This document shows, in pieces, positions 34,393 to 43,845 of a stretch of 64,000 nucleotides of DNA; the first letter of the stretch is position 1; each line of letters starts with the position of its first letter. The DNA is taken from positions 620,001 to 684,000 of the forward strand of contig OZ251234.1 in assembly GCA_965240325.2 (NCBI GenBank). The letters run 5' to 3'. This DNA is from Rebecca billardiae RCC1528 (Eukaryota; Protista; Haptophyta). The position numbers and the translations under genes are program-made. Below the pieces are notes generated by a model. It saw only the letters and a program-made list of their open reading frames with translations. It did no database searches and had not been told where the DNA came from.

Positions 34393-35447
34393 ATTGCTCG
34401 GCTCTCTTGCTGGCTGCTGTAACTGAGTAACTTGTCCGGTCAGTCACTAGACCTAGTCAGTCCGATTACGGGGTACGTGGCAGTAGCTCAGTCAGTCCAC
34501 TTGCTGCAGTAGTAGATTATTCGTTGTCGGGCAATCTCAGGGGCTTGCCAGATTTACCCGCATGGCACCGAAGAGCTACGAGGAGCCAATCGGCTACTCT
34601 GCTCGAGGTGCAGCTTACAAGTGACCTACATGCAGTTGATTACTGCATCGTCGATTATTACCTGTTCTATTTACCTCCCTCATTGGTAATTGCTAATTAC
34701 CACTTCCGTATGCGTCCCACAGGCTCCCAGTCAGTCCCAGCCTGAAAGGTGGGAGATACCTATGGAGATGCATTTCCACTTGACGAGCCGAATCGGTCTT
34801 AAACCGGTTTGGGGCGCAGCTCTCAGCTTCCAAGGCCAGCTTGGAGGCGGGGGCCAGGCAGTGCCTGCTCACACAGGAGCATCCCTCTGTTGCACTTGCG
34901 GAGGCTGGTCGACACTGCCAGCTGCAGCGAGCCACCTGCTTCGTTTCGAGTCTCCTAAGTCTCACATTCGTCTGTCCGTCTGTGAGTCATGCCTGCTGCC
35001 TGCCAGGAGTGCGACCTGACGAGTTCGACACTCAGGCGGCCGCTGATCTCCATACATAGTCCATTTAGAATAATGGTCGTAGTCATCGATCGTCCATCTC
35101 GGCATTTAGACATCTGGCCGCCGAGTCCACCGGCCGCGCTCCAGCAATCGTGTGTCGGAGCCCGGACCATGACGTGACGACCGTGCCCTGTGTGACATTG
35201 TTATAACGCGGCCGGTGTCGCCTACCGGGAGAGCGGGCCCGGGGTAGCGACTACAATAGCGTGATGGGGCCGTGCTGCTGCAATCTGTCTGCGCCAAGGC
35301 GGCACTCGGCATGACACGTCTTTAGACCGGACCGTCGGCGGCATGGCGGTCAACCGGGAGCCAGAGCCGCGACACGTCCGCCGCATCGGCGCGAGCACCA
35401 GGCCATCCCCGTCGCCACGGATGGCGTCGCAGCACAAGACGCAAGTC

Positions 35448-36428
35448 CTAGCTTGAGTGGGATCCTTTCAGTTTCAGGCGTCCGAGCTTGAGGCCACCCG
35501 GATGGGCACCGCCCACTATCCACGCAAGCACGTATGCGACTGCACTCAGGAATCCCAGCGCCAGACACGCGACCATCGTCGATGCCAGTGGGTACGCGAA
35601 GATGTACAAGTGCGCGAGGTGCTTGAGGTACAGGAGGTTCTGCTTCATCGTCAGCTTCGACTCTCCGTGCTCGCTGTACCGGCAGCCGCGCCGAGGGACA
35701 CAGCGGCCGTGTGAGTGTGAGGTCAGGGTGGGTGCAGCGGGGTGCGCGTGCTGGGCGCGCGCGCGTGGCGAGCGTGGCGCACACCGGTCACGGAATGTGA
35801 TGCCAACTTCGGCGACCGCCTTGCATCTGCTGCGAACCATGAGCTCCAGCCCAATCTTGTACCCCATCGGGTTCACGCCTCCCTCCTCGGCGCGCTGGAG
35901 CACACGGCGCGACAGGCAGAAGAAGCCGCTCATCGGATCGGAGCATGTCGTGAGCGGCCGAGCGAGGAGCGTCGCGCCCTGGCTGATCACGCGGCGCACG
36001 AGCGGCCATCCTTCGGCGACCTGGCCGCCCGTCACGTTGCGCGACCCGACAGCAAATTCGGCCTGGCCCGTGAGCACGGGCGCGGCGACAGCAGGCACGC
36101 TCTCGGGCTCGTGCTGCAAGTCCGCATCCATCACAAGAAGGACGCGATTCTTGGCCGTGCGCAGCCCGAGGAGCACCGCCGAGCTCAGGCCCTTCCCCTC
36201 GCGCTTCTCGCGCACGCGCACGTGGATGTTGTAGCCCGCGCGCCGGAGCTGCTCGACAATGCGGCGGGTGTCTGCCGTGCCCTGGCCCGAGTCATCGTCG
36301 ACCAGGAGAAGCTCGACATCGAGCCCGGCCGCACGTGTCGCCTCGAAGAGCCGGGTGCAGAGCGGGCGCACGTTCTCCGCTTCCTCGTACGTCGGCACGA
36401 TGACGGAAAGCTGCGTCGTCGACTCCAT
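35448..36428 (-). CDS. DPM1: Dolichol-phosphate mannosyltransferase (GT2) with a C-terminal TM anchor; intron 35784-35674
   Basis: LSVIVPTYEEAEN, VDDDS, GLSSAV, VMDADLQH, SDPMSGFF, GYKIGLEL. Removing the 111-nt GT..AG intron restores ITFRDREHGESKL. Confidence 0.92.
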   Translation of the reverse strand: MESTTQLSVIVPTYEEAENVRPLCTRLFEATRAAGLDVELLLVDDDSGQGTADTRRIVEQLRRAGYNIHVRVREKREGKGLSSAVLLGLRTAKNRVLLVMDADLQHEPESVPAVAAPVLTGQAEFAVGSRNVTGGQVAEGWPLVRRVISQGATLLARPLTTCSDPMSGFFCLSRRVLQRAEEGGVNPMGYKIGLELMVRSRCKAVAEVGITFRDRCAPRSPRARAQHAHPAAPTLTSHSHGRCVPRRGCRYSEHGESKLTMKQNLLYLKHLAHLYIFAYPLASTMVACLALGFLSAVAYVLAWIVGGAHPGGLKLGRLKLKGSHSS

Positions 36429-36551
36429 CGCCAGGACCGAGCGCGCCCTTTCCGCGCGGGCGGGGCGGGCCACGCGGCACCCGTGCGTGGGATCGAGCGA
36501 GCTTGCCGCCCGAGCGGTGCCGGCGCTGCGCTCCCCCGGGACGAAGTTTCC

Positions 36552-38615
36552 ATGATGGCGGCGCCCAGGGCGCCCCCATTCAGCCAACTCATGAGCTCCT
36601 CGCGAGGGCGGAGCCCTCACCGCTCGGGCCTGCGAGCATTCGCCTCGCGCAACCGCGTCGAGCTCTCTCTGCTGCTGTGGCCGGTCGTGTGGCTGCCGCT
36701 GCTTGGACTGGGCATGCCCCCCCGCGCCGCGCGGATGCTGTACGTGGCAGCGATCATGGCATCGCTCTGGATCCAGCAGCCCGTGCCGCTCGCCGTGACG
36801 GCTTTCGTGCCCATCGTCGCGCTGCCCGCCTTGGGCATCAGCACCGCGTCGCGTGTCGCCGGCTCCTACATGGGCGACGCGAACGCCCTCTTCCTTGCGG
36901 GCTTCATGATCGCGGCAGCGGTGGAGCGATGCGGCCTGCACCGCCGGCTCGCGCTGGTCGTGCTCGTGCACTCGGCGGGGAACCCGGGGCGTTTGATGCT
37001 GGGTTTCATGGGCACGACGGCGCTCCTCTCCGCCTTCATGTCGAACACGGCCACGGCAGCGATGCAAGTACCGCTCGCAGAGGGTGTCATCAAACGCATG
37101 CGCCGCGCGGCTCGGCAGAAGCTGGACTCTGAGCTGGCTGCTCCCGCGAGACCCGCGCTCGAGCTGCAAGAGGTGGAGTCGCACCTGCCGCCCGGCAGCG
37201 GCGCGGGTGACTCGGGCATCTCGCCCGATGCCAGATCCAGAGATGAGCCGGGCCACGCGGACGGCCAGAACGGCCGCCAAGCGCCGAAGGCGCGCTCTCC
37301 GCCCGAGCCGTCCCTTGCGCCCGAGCAGGCGCCACGCTCACCGGGCGTGGGCGCTCGCGGCTCGCTCGAAGACGCCGAGCGCGACATCGAGACCTTCGCG
37401 CGGGCGCTCATGCTCGCCATTGCGTACTCGGCATCGCTGGGCGGCATCTCAACCCTCACCGGCACCGGCCCGAACATCGTCTTCTCCGGCCAGTTTGCGG
37501 CGCTCTTCCCGGAGGCGCCGCCCGTCTCGTTTGCGCAGTGGACGGTGTTTGCGCTCCCCATCTCGCTCGGGCTCCTGCTGCTGGCGTGGTGCATGTTCTG
37601 GGCGACCCGGCGGTTTTGCGGCGGGTCGGGCCGCGCGCGCGCCATGCACGTGGACACCGCGTCGCTGCGCGCAGAGCTGCGCGCGCTCGGCCCGCTCTCG
37701 CGCGCGGAGGTGTCGGTGACGGCAGTGCTCGCGCTCACGTTTGCGCTCTGGCTCACGCGCTCGCCCGGCTTTGCGCGCGGCTGGGAAGACCTCTTCGAGC
37801 CCAAGTACGTGTCGGACACGACCGTCGCGATCTTCGCGCTGCTTCTTCTCTTCGTGCTGCCAGGCGACGAGCCCGAGGGGGCGCGTGCCGGCGCGCACCA
37901 GGATGCAGCCACACGCGTCGACGTGGGTGGCGATCCGGCCGACCGCGCAGATGCGCGGCCCGAACGCCGGCCGAGCGACGGAGCGCCGTCGCTCGCCGAG
38001 CACTCCGCGCCGCCACCGCCGCCGCTGCGGCTGCTCGACTGGAAGACGGCCAACGGCATCCCTTGGAACATCGTCCTCTTGCTGGGTGGCGGCTTCGCCG
38101 TCGCGAACGGCTTCGTCGACTCCGGCCTCTCGACTGTCATGGCGTGCTCGCTGCTGGGCGGCTCGGCAGTCGCGTCGCTGCCGCCCGCCCCGCTCGCGCT
38201 GCTCCTCACCGGCGTGGTGACGCTCTTCACCGAGCTGTGCTCCAACGTGGCGACCTCGACGATCGTGCTCCCGATCGTAGCGACCATTGCCCAGGCGATG
38301 GGCGTCGACCCACGCTTACTCATGATCCCCACGACGCTCGCGTGCTCTCTCGCGTTCATGCTGCCCGTCTCCACGCCGCCGAACGCGATCGCGTTCGCGA
38401 CGGGCCACCTGCGCGTGCAAAATATGGTCATCCCGGGCGCGGTGCTGAACATCGCTGGCACCCTGTGCATCGTCGGCGCCATGTTCACCTACGGCACCGC
38501 GCTCTTCGGGATGGAGGCGTCAGGGGGGCTGCCCCCGTGGGCGGTGGTGCGTGGAGGGTCCGACGGCGGCGACGCCGGTGGCAGCACCATGGCGGCGTGC
38601 GGGGCAGCAGGCTAA
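36552..38615 (+). CDS. SLC13/DASS Na+:sulfate/dicarboxylate symporter
   Basis: LSAFMSNTAT, TLTGTGPN, TELCSNVAT, AFMLPVSTPPNAI; many TM helices. Confidence 0.93.
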   Translation: MMAAPRAPPFSQLMSSSRGRSPHRSGLRAFASRNRVELSLLLWPVVWLPLLGLGMPPRAARMLYVAAIMASLWIQQPVPLAVTAFVPIVALPALGISTASRVAGSYMGDANALFLAGFMIAAAVERCGLHRRLALVVLVHSAGNPGRLMLGFMGTTALLSAFMSNTATAAMQVPLAEGVIKRMRRAARQKLDSELAAPARPALELQEVESHLPPGSGAGDSGISPDARSRDEPGHADGQNGRQAPKARSPPEPSLAPEQAPRSPGVGARGSLEDAERDIETFARALMLAIAYSASLGGISTLTGTGPNIVFSGQFAALFPEAPPVSFAQWTVFALPISLGLLLLAWCMFWATRRFCGGSGRARAMHVDTASLRAELRALGPLSRAEVSVTAVLALTFALWLTRSPGFARGWEDLFEPKYVSDTTVAIFALLLLFVLPGDEPEGARAGAHQDAATRVDVGGDPADRADARPERRPSDGAPSLAEHSAPPPPPLRLLDWKTANGIPWNIVLLLGGGFAVANGFVDSGLSTVMACSLLGGSAVASLPPAPLALLLTGVVTLFTELCSNVATSTIVLPIVATIAQAMGVDPRLLMIPTTLACSLAFMLPVSTPPNAIAFATGHLRVQNMVIPGAVLNIAGTLCIVGAMFTYGTALFGMEASGGLPPWAVVRGGSDGGDAGGSTMAACGAAG

Positions 38616-39748
38616 GCTTTATTATTATTTTTAAAAAATAGATCGAGTTATATAGTAGTGTCATCCGCCATTCGGTAACCGCCACTGGCGCCGCCAGCCG
38701 ACCGCTACGTACGACAGCCGGCAGCCGCGGCGGGTCGGGCGAGCCAGGCGACTGAGGCGAGAGTAGTATATATATATAGCCTTTGCTCCGACAGCCGTGT
38801 TTGCCATCAGTATTCAGTACCAGGGTGTACCGTAGTAGTCTAATAAGTAGAATCGTGCGTAGCTAATTACACCGGGATCGGGGATGGGTGACCAGCACGC
38901 GCCACGCTTTCATTGTCACTGTCAGCCAGGGGCGTTGCGCCAGCTGGACAAACACGGTTCCGGTCTTCTTCAGATCTCGCTTTTCAAAACGAAATGTTCC
39001 GGCCGTGCCCTAACCCCTTGTAACTAAAGTTCTCTGTATGTAATTTACCCACCACAGGTGGCTCCGGCTCCAGTCCACCCCCCCCAGCTCGTCCGTTACG
39101 TCTTGGCCCCGAGCCGAAGTCAACCAAGCGGACCATGCAGCAGAGTCCCCGCCAGTTCCGACCCCCGATTGATGACTTCAACGAGAAATGTCGCATCCTC
39201 GGACCACCTCCCAATATGTTCAGACTCTATTTTTGCTATGTAATTACCCGTCCCTGACTCAGTTTCAGCACAGTCCGGGAGCGTTCCGGACACCGGTATA
39301 CATATGCGAAAATTATACCCGGACTGGGTATTTAGTTATATAGAAAATAGAGTCTGAACCTATTGGAGGTGTGGCTGATGATCTGCATCTGGCCGTAATA
39401 TCGTCCAAGGGACCGCCTGGGGTGGGCTAGGAGCTATTGTAGATCATCAGAGGCTGCGATCCCGTCGATCAGTGCAGTGTCAAGATGTAACGCTCCACTG
39501 ACCGGACTGGGGGGGGTGGACCGAAGCCGGAGCCAGGTCCAAGGATCCTGGGTCTTGGGTCCTTCGCGTTTGTCCAGCTGGCGCAACGCTCCGGGGTCGT
39601 CGGTACAGTTTACTACGTACAGTTTACTAAGAATAAGAGACGCACACAGCGGCAGGCAGGCGAGATTGACGCCCAAGAATAAGAGACGCAACCTGCCACC
39701 GTGAGCCTTACGCACGTTAAAACAAATAAACTGTACGCTTTCCACCGC

Positions 39749-40618
39749 ATGGCGGAGCGCACGCTCGCACGGCTTACGGCGGCGGCCGTGGCGGCCCTCG
39801 CTATCGTCGCCGTCGCCTCAACGGCCATCGCACTCGGCGTTCTGGGCCGCTACCTCGGCAGCGCACGGGCTGCCACCCACGACGCCGCGGCCATGGCGCA
39901 TGCGCCTCTGGAGAAGGCCTACTTTGACGACACGTGCCGGGCCGCATGCGGGGGCGCGAACAACGGGAGCAGGTTCCTTGGCCCGGGCTACGACGTGTGC
40001 AGCCAGGGGATGCCGGAAGGCGAGTCGTGCAACGCGCTGGCGTGCGAAACGTTCTGTCCCGGCCGCAGCTGCTTCAACGAGCACATCCCGGACTACTCGG
40101 CACACATTGGCTGCTGCTGCGCGTTCGCGGCGGGTGCGGCGGGGCCCCCGCCCGACGACCCCGTGTACGTGCCGATCACCCCGCCGCTCGGCGAGGTCAC
40201 GTCACTCACCTGCGCGCAGTTTTGCAACGCGGGCGGCTTCGGCGGCGGCTACATCATCGGCACGGCGCCCGATTGCGGCGGCGACTGCGCGACGGACTGC
40301 GGCGACGGCATGTGCTCCCGAGCCAAGCCCACGTACTTCACGGACTATGGCCACCTGTGCGACTCGGACTCGGGGGACAAGGTGTGCTGCTGCGCGTCCA
40401 AGGTGCCGCGCACGCGCCAACGCCTCGTCGCGAGCGGTGTGGGCAGCTGCCTCGACTTCTGCCACTCGGCGGGCTACACGCGCGCCGAGATCGACGGCAC
40501 CGCGCCCGCCTGCGGCGGCGACTGTGGCGACGCGGCCGCGTGCTTCACGGCCACGGACGCCCTGTCCGACTACGGCGATGGATGCTCGTCGGGCGTGAAG
40601 AAGTGCAGGTGCTACTGA
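39749..40618 (+). CDS. Signal-anchored Cys-rich protein with three ~60-aa repeats
   Basis: Repeat pattern C..FC..G....IxGTAP.CGGDC...C......DYG..C..G.K.C.C; N-terminal hydrophobic stretch. Confidence 0.8.
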   Translation: MAERTLARLTAAAVAALAIVAVASTAIALGVLGRYLGSARAATHDAAAMAHAPLEKAYFDDTCRAACGGANNGSRFLGPGYDVCSQGMPEGESCNALACETFCPGRSCFNEHIPDYSAHIGCCCAFAAGAAGPPPDDPVYVPITPPLGEVTSLTCAQFCNAGGFGGGYIIGTAPDCGGDCATDCGDGMCSRAKPTYFTDYGHLCDSDSGDKVCCCASKVPRTRQRLVASGVGSCLDFCHSAGYTRAEIDGTAPACGGDCGDAAACFTATDALSDYGDGCSSGVKKCRCY

Positions 40619-40804
40619 GCGCCCGGCTCGCTGTGGGCATCATACGTTCTACTCACGTGGATGCACTCGGCGCTGGCCCGGTGTTGAGAACGACACTGAG
40701 TATCATGCGGATCCGCCGCCGCTGCCGCGGAAGCACTCCGGAAATCACCCCGCGAAGACACGCGGCGGCGCGATTGAAAATGATATTGCAATACCCCCAT
40801 ACAG

Positions 40805-41304
40805 GGGTAGTTGGGCAGCCAGGGGCTGGCGGCAGCCGAGAGGGGCCGCTTTCCCCCGCCCCCACTGCTGCGAAGGCGGCGGGGGCGCGCTGCTTGCCTC
40901 TGCGGGCGAGCAGCGCGCAGTTAGGCGGCAGTTTTACTCAGTTTACGCCGGGCATGTGGACCTGCCCACCCTTCATCTTCCAGTTCTTCCCTTCGGCTGG
41001 GGCTCGATCAGTCGACGCGGCGTCGCTCGTAACAGCGCAGGCAGGTGTTTGGCGCGGCTGCACTCTTGAGGTGGCTGGGATACGACATCCAGGTGCACTA
41101 GGTGCAGGCTGCAGAGTGCAGCACCCTCCCCGCGTGGTGTCACTACTGTCAGAGCGCGCTCTCGAGCGCGTGCCTTCGAGCGCGGGGCGGCAGCTTGCTG
41201 CAAGGGCCGGCTCGATGAGGTGCGGCAACGCGCCCCTCACCTGCCTGCGCCGGTCTGTTTTGTGGCGGTGTCTTTGTGCAGTGTTGGATGCCTGGATGGC
41301 ATCA
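40805..41304 (+). repeat. Direct repeat, copy 1 (pairs with 43370-43806), carrying extra micro-insertions
   Basis: Colinear with 43370-43806 apart from at least five short insertions. Confidence 0.9.
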
Positions 41305-41428
41305 AATTAATTATTGCGCAGCAAAAAGCCAGAATTGTTTTCAGAAACTCACGCCCGCAAGTCTTGGGCTTGTCAGACAAACCCACACGGACAGGATGGC
41401 CAATTGTCCGGGAGGCGCAGATCAGCAT

Positions 41429-42568
41429 CCGGACGACACACCTGCCCCAAGGGTGGTCAGGGTCGCCGACTCCAGTGGCGTCCGGCGCCGGAGGTTCACC
41501 TCCGATTTTTTGCAGCGGCGCGGCGCGCGGGGCCGCCGCCGCTGTGGCGGGCCGCTCGGGGCGTGCACGGCGTGGGCTCGTGCGGCCGCTGCCGCGCACG
41601 CCGAGCGATCCGGCGCGGGCTCGCGGCTTGTCGATGGCCTCGCGCGCCGCAGCGCGACGCGCGCCTTGCCTAGCTTCGCCTGTCTCGCGCCTTGGCCGCC
41701 GTGCACGCGTGCGCCGCCAAACCGCAAGCTCGGCATAGCTCTCAGCCGAGCGTGCACGTGCCTTGCGCGACGCGACGCGGGCATTGCCAGCGGGCGATGT
41801 AGCCGTAGTGCGAGCGCGCGCCGTGAAGCCTCGGCGCGGATCGAGAGTGTCTTCAACGTCTCGGTCAGCTGTCGACAACTGCTGACGCATCAACCACCAA
41901 TGGACATCACGGTCCTCCGTTGAACGATGGGCTATCGCGACGCTGCGACTCGTGAAGACTAGGCGAGCGTTGTAGCCAAAACGATGAACGCCACTATGAC
42001 GTGTGTGTGAGCCTTGCGTGACGATGCGACGTGACGATCGCCCCGGCAAGAGAGTCAGTCGTGCAGCTTTCAGCACTGCTCAACGAACAGACGGTCCACG
42101 CGCGTACGCGGCATCATTTCATTGTTCTCGATCCGCGCCGAGGCTTCACGGCGCGCGCTCGCACTACGCCTACATCGCCTGGCGGCAATGCCCGCGTCGC
42201 GTCGCGCAAGGCACGTGCACGCTCGGCTGAGAGGTATGCCGAGCTTGCGGTTTGGCGGCGCACGCGTGCACGGCGGCCAAGGCGCGAGACAGGCGAAGCT
42301 AGGCAAGGCGCGCGTCGCGCTGCGGCGCGCGAGGCCATCGACAAGCCGCGAGCCCGCGCCGGATCGCTCGGCGTGCGCGGCAGCGGCCGCACGAGCCCAC
42401 GCCGTGCACGCCCCGAGCGGCCCGCCACAGCGGCGGCGGCCCCGCGCGCCGCGCCGCTGCAAAAAATCGGAAGCGAAGCTCCGGCGCCGGGCGGCCTCCG
42501 CTGGCTAGAGTCGGCGACCCTGACCACCCTTGCCTGCCCAGTGGAAGGTCAGAAGGTGTGTCGTCCGG
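41429..42568. mobile_element. Foldback with ~420-bp inverted arms (41429-41846 / 42126-42568), MULE-like MITE candidate
   Basis: Near-identical reverse-complement arms with a 280-bp loop; no TSD identified. Confidence 0.7.
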
Positions 42569-42605
42569 TGCGCAGCGAATACTGTCCTCGTCGCCACCCT
42601 CCGCG

Positions 42606-43376
42606 ATGGAGTGTGGCCCGCCCGACGCTGACCAGGCGATGGGCGTGCCGACGGGGGTGGGGCCGACGATGGCGCGCGCGGTGGCGGACGAGACGGCGAG
42701 ACTCGTCGACCACCTGCTCGCCCGCGACCCGGCCCGCAGCTACACCGTGGAGGCGAGGGTCACCGGCGACGGTGGCTTTCAAATCAAGGTGTTCATGTCG
42801 GGCAACTCCCCTGGGGACGTGGACGGTGCGGCGACCCCACAGGGCGGGGCTGGGCTTCCGAGTAGGAGCCGCGGCCCCGCCCCCAGCGCCCCGGCCCGCG
42901 GGCCGGTCCCACCTCGCAAGGGGGGGGCAGCCACGCCAGCCTCTGGTGTGCCTGGTGCTGCGAAGAGGTCCAAGTGTTGGAAGAAGAAGCACCGCGCGGA
43001 TGGCTCGCTGAAGCCGGCTGCGCGTGCGCGGCGGGACAAACGCGCTGCCGAGGCGAGTGATGGCCCGACGCCGCAGCTTCCCAACTCTGGCCCCTTCCGT
43101 GAGCTCGCGCCTTCGGCATCGTCGGACCCGTCGTCGCGGCCGTCCCGCATGTCTTCGGACCGCCAAGAGGCCGGGGGCTGCCATCACCCTCTGGGTGATG
43201 GCGCCCCGGCTGCGGCGTCTGGGCATGAGGGCGCGGCGTCGGCGACGACCGACGAGGTCGTGGGCGCGCTCTTCGCGGGCCCACTCGTCCCGATGGGGCG
43301 TGGGGCCGCGCCTGGCCCTGTTCACAAGGTGTTTGTGTTCGGGGCAGGCGAAGGCTCTGTGCCACAACCGGGGTAG
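42606..43376 (+). CDS. Hypothetical protein embedded in repeats
   Basis: ATG-initiated ~256-aa ORF with a plausibly globular N-terminal part (ARLVDHLLARDPARSYTVEARVTGDGGFQIKVFM); no family recognised. Confidence 0.35.
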   Translation: MECGPPDADQAMGVPTGVGPTMARAVADETARLVDHLLARDPARSYTVEARVTGDGGFQIKVFMSGNSPGDVDGAATPQGGAGLPSRSRGPAPSAPARGPVPPRKGGAATPASGVPGAAKRSKCWKKKHRADGSLKPAARARRDKRAAEASDGPTPQLPNSGPFRELAPSASSDPSSRPSRMSSDRQEAGGCHHPLGDGAPAAASGHEGAASATTDEVVGALFAGPLVPMGRGAAPGPVHKVFVFGAGEGSVPQPG

Positions 43377-43806
43377 GTGGGCAGACAGGGGCTGGCGGCA
43401 GCCGAGAGGGGCCGCTTTCCCCCGCCCCCGCTGCTGCGAAGGCGGCGGGGGTGCGCTGCTTGCCTCCGCAGGCGAGCAGCGCGCAGTTTACGCCGGGCAT
43501 GTGGACCTGCCCACCCTTCATCTTCCAGTTCTTCCCTTCGGCTGGGGCTCGATCAGTCGACGTGGCGTCGCTCACAGCCAGGCAGGTGTTTGGCGCGGCT
43601 GCACTCTCGAGGTGGCTGGGATACAACATCCAGGTGCAGCACCCTCCCCGTGTGGTGTCAGAGCGCGCTCCAGAGCGCGTGCCTCCGAGCGCGGGGCGGC
43701 CGCTTGCTGCAATGGCCGCCTCGATGAGGTGCGGCAACGCGCCCCTCACCTGCCTGCGCCGGTCTGTTTTGTGGCGGTGTCTTTGTGCAGTGTTGGATGG
43801 CGTCAA
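43370..43806 (+). repeat. Direct repeat, copy 2
   Basis: Matches 40805-41304 without the insertions. Confidence 0.9.
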
Positions 43807-43845
43807 TCACGCCTTAACCAAGTGTGCACGTTAAAACATAGTAAA

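Noticed and set aside
34520-35050. CpG-poor stretch that might be a retroelement fragment
   Set aside because: No convincing RT or endonuclease motif could be read.
35742-37280. Apparent long overlaps of DPM1/SLC13 (and likewise 7507-8442 for the CD2BP2-like/MUT-7-like pair)
   Set aside because: These are ORF-caller extensions to upstream alternative starts. Homology begins at the ATGs used here, giving short divergent intergenic gaps.
39010-39020. CCCTAACCCC telomere-like motif
   Set aside because: Single unit only.
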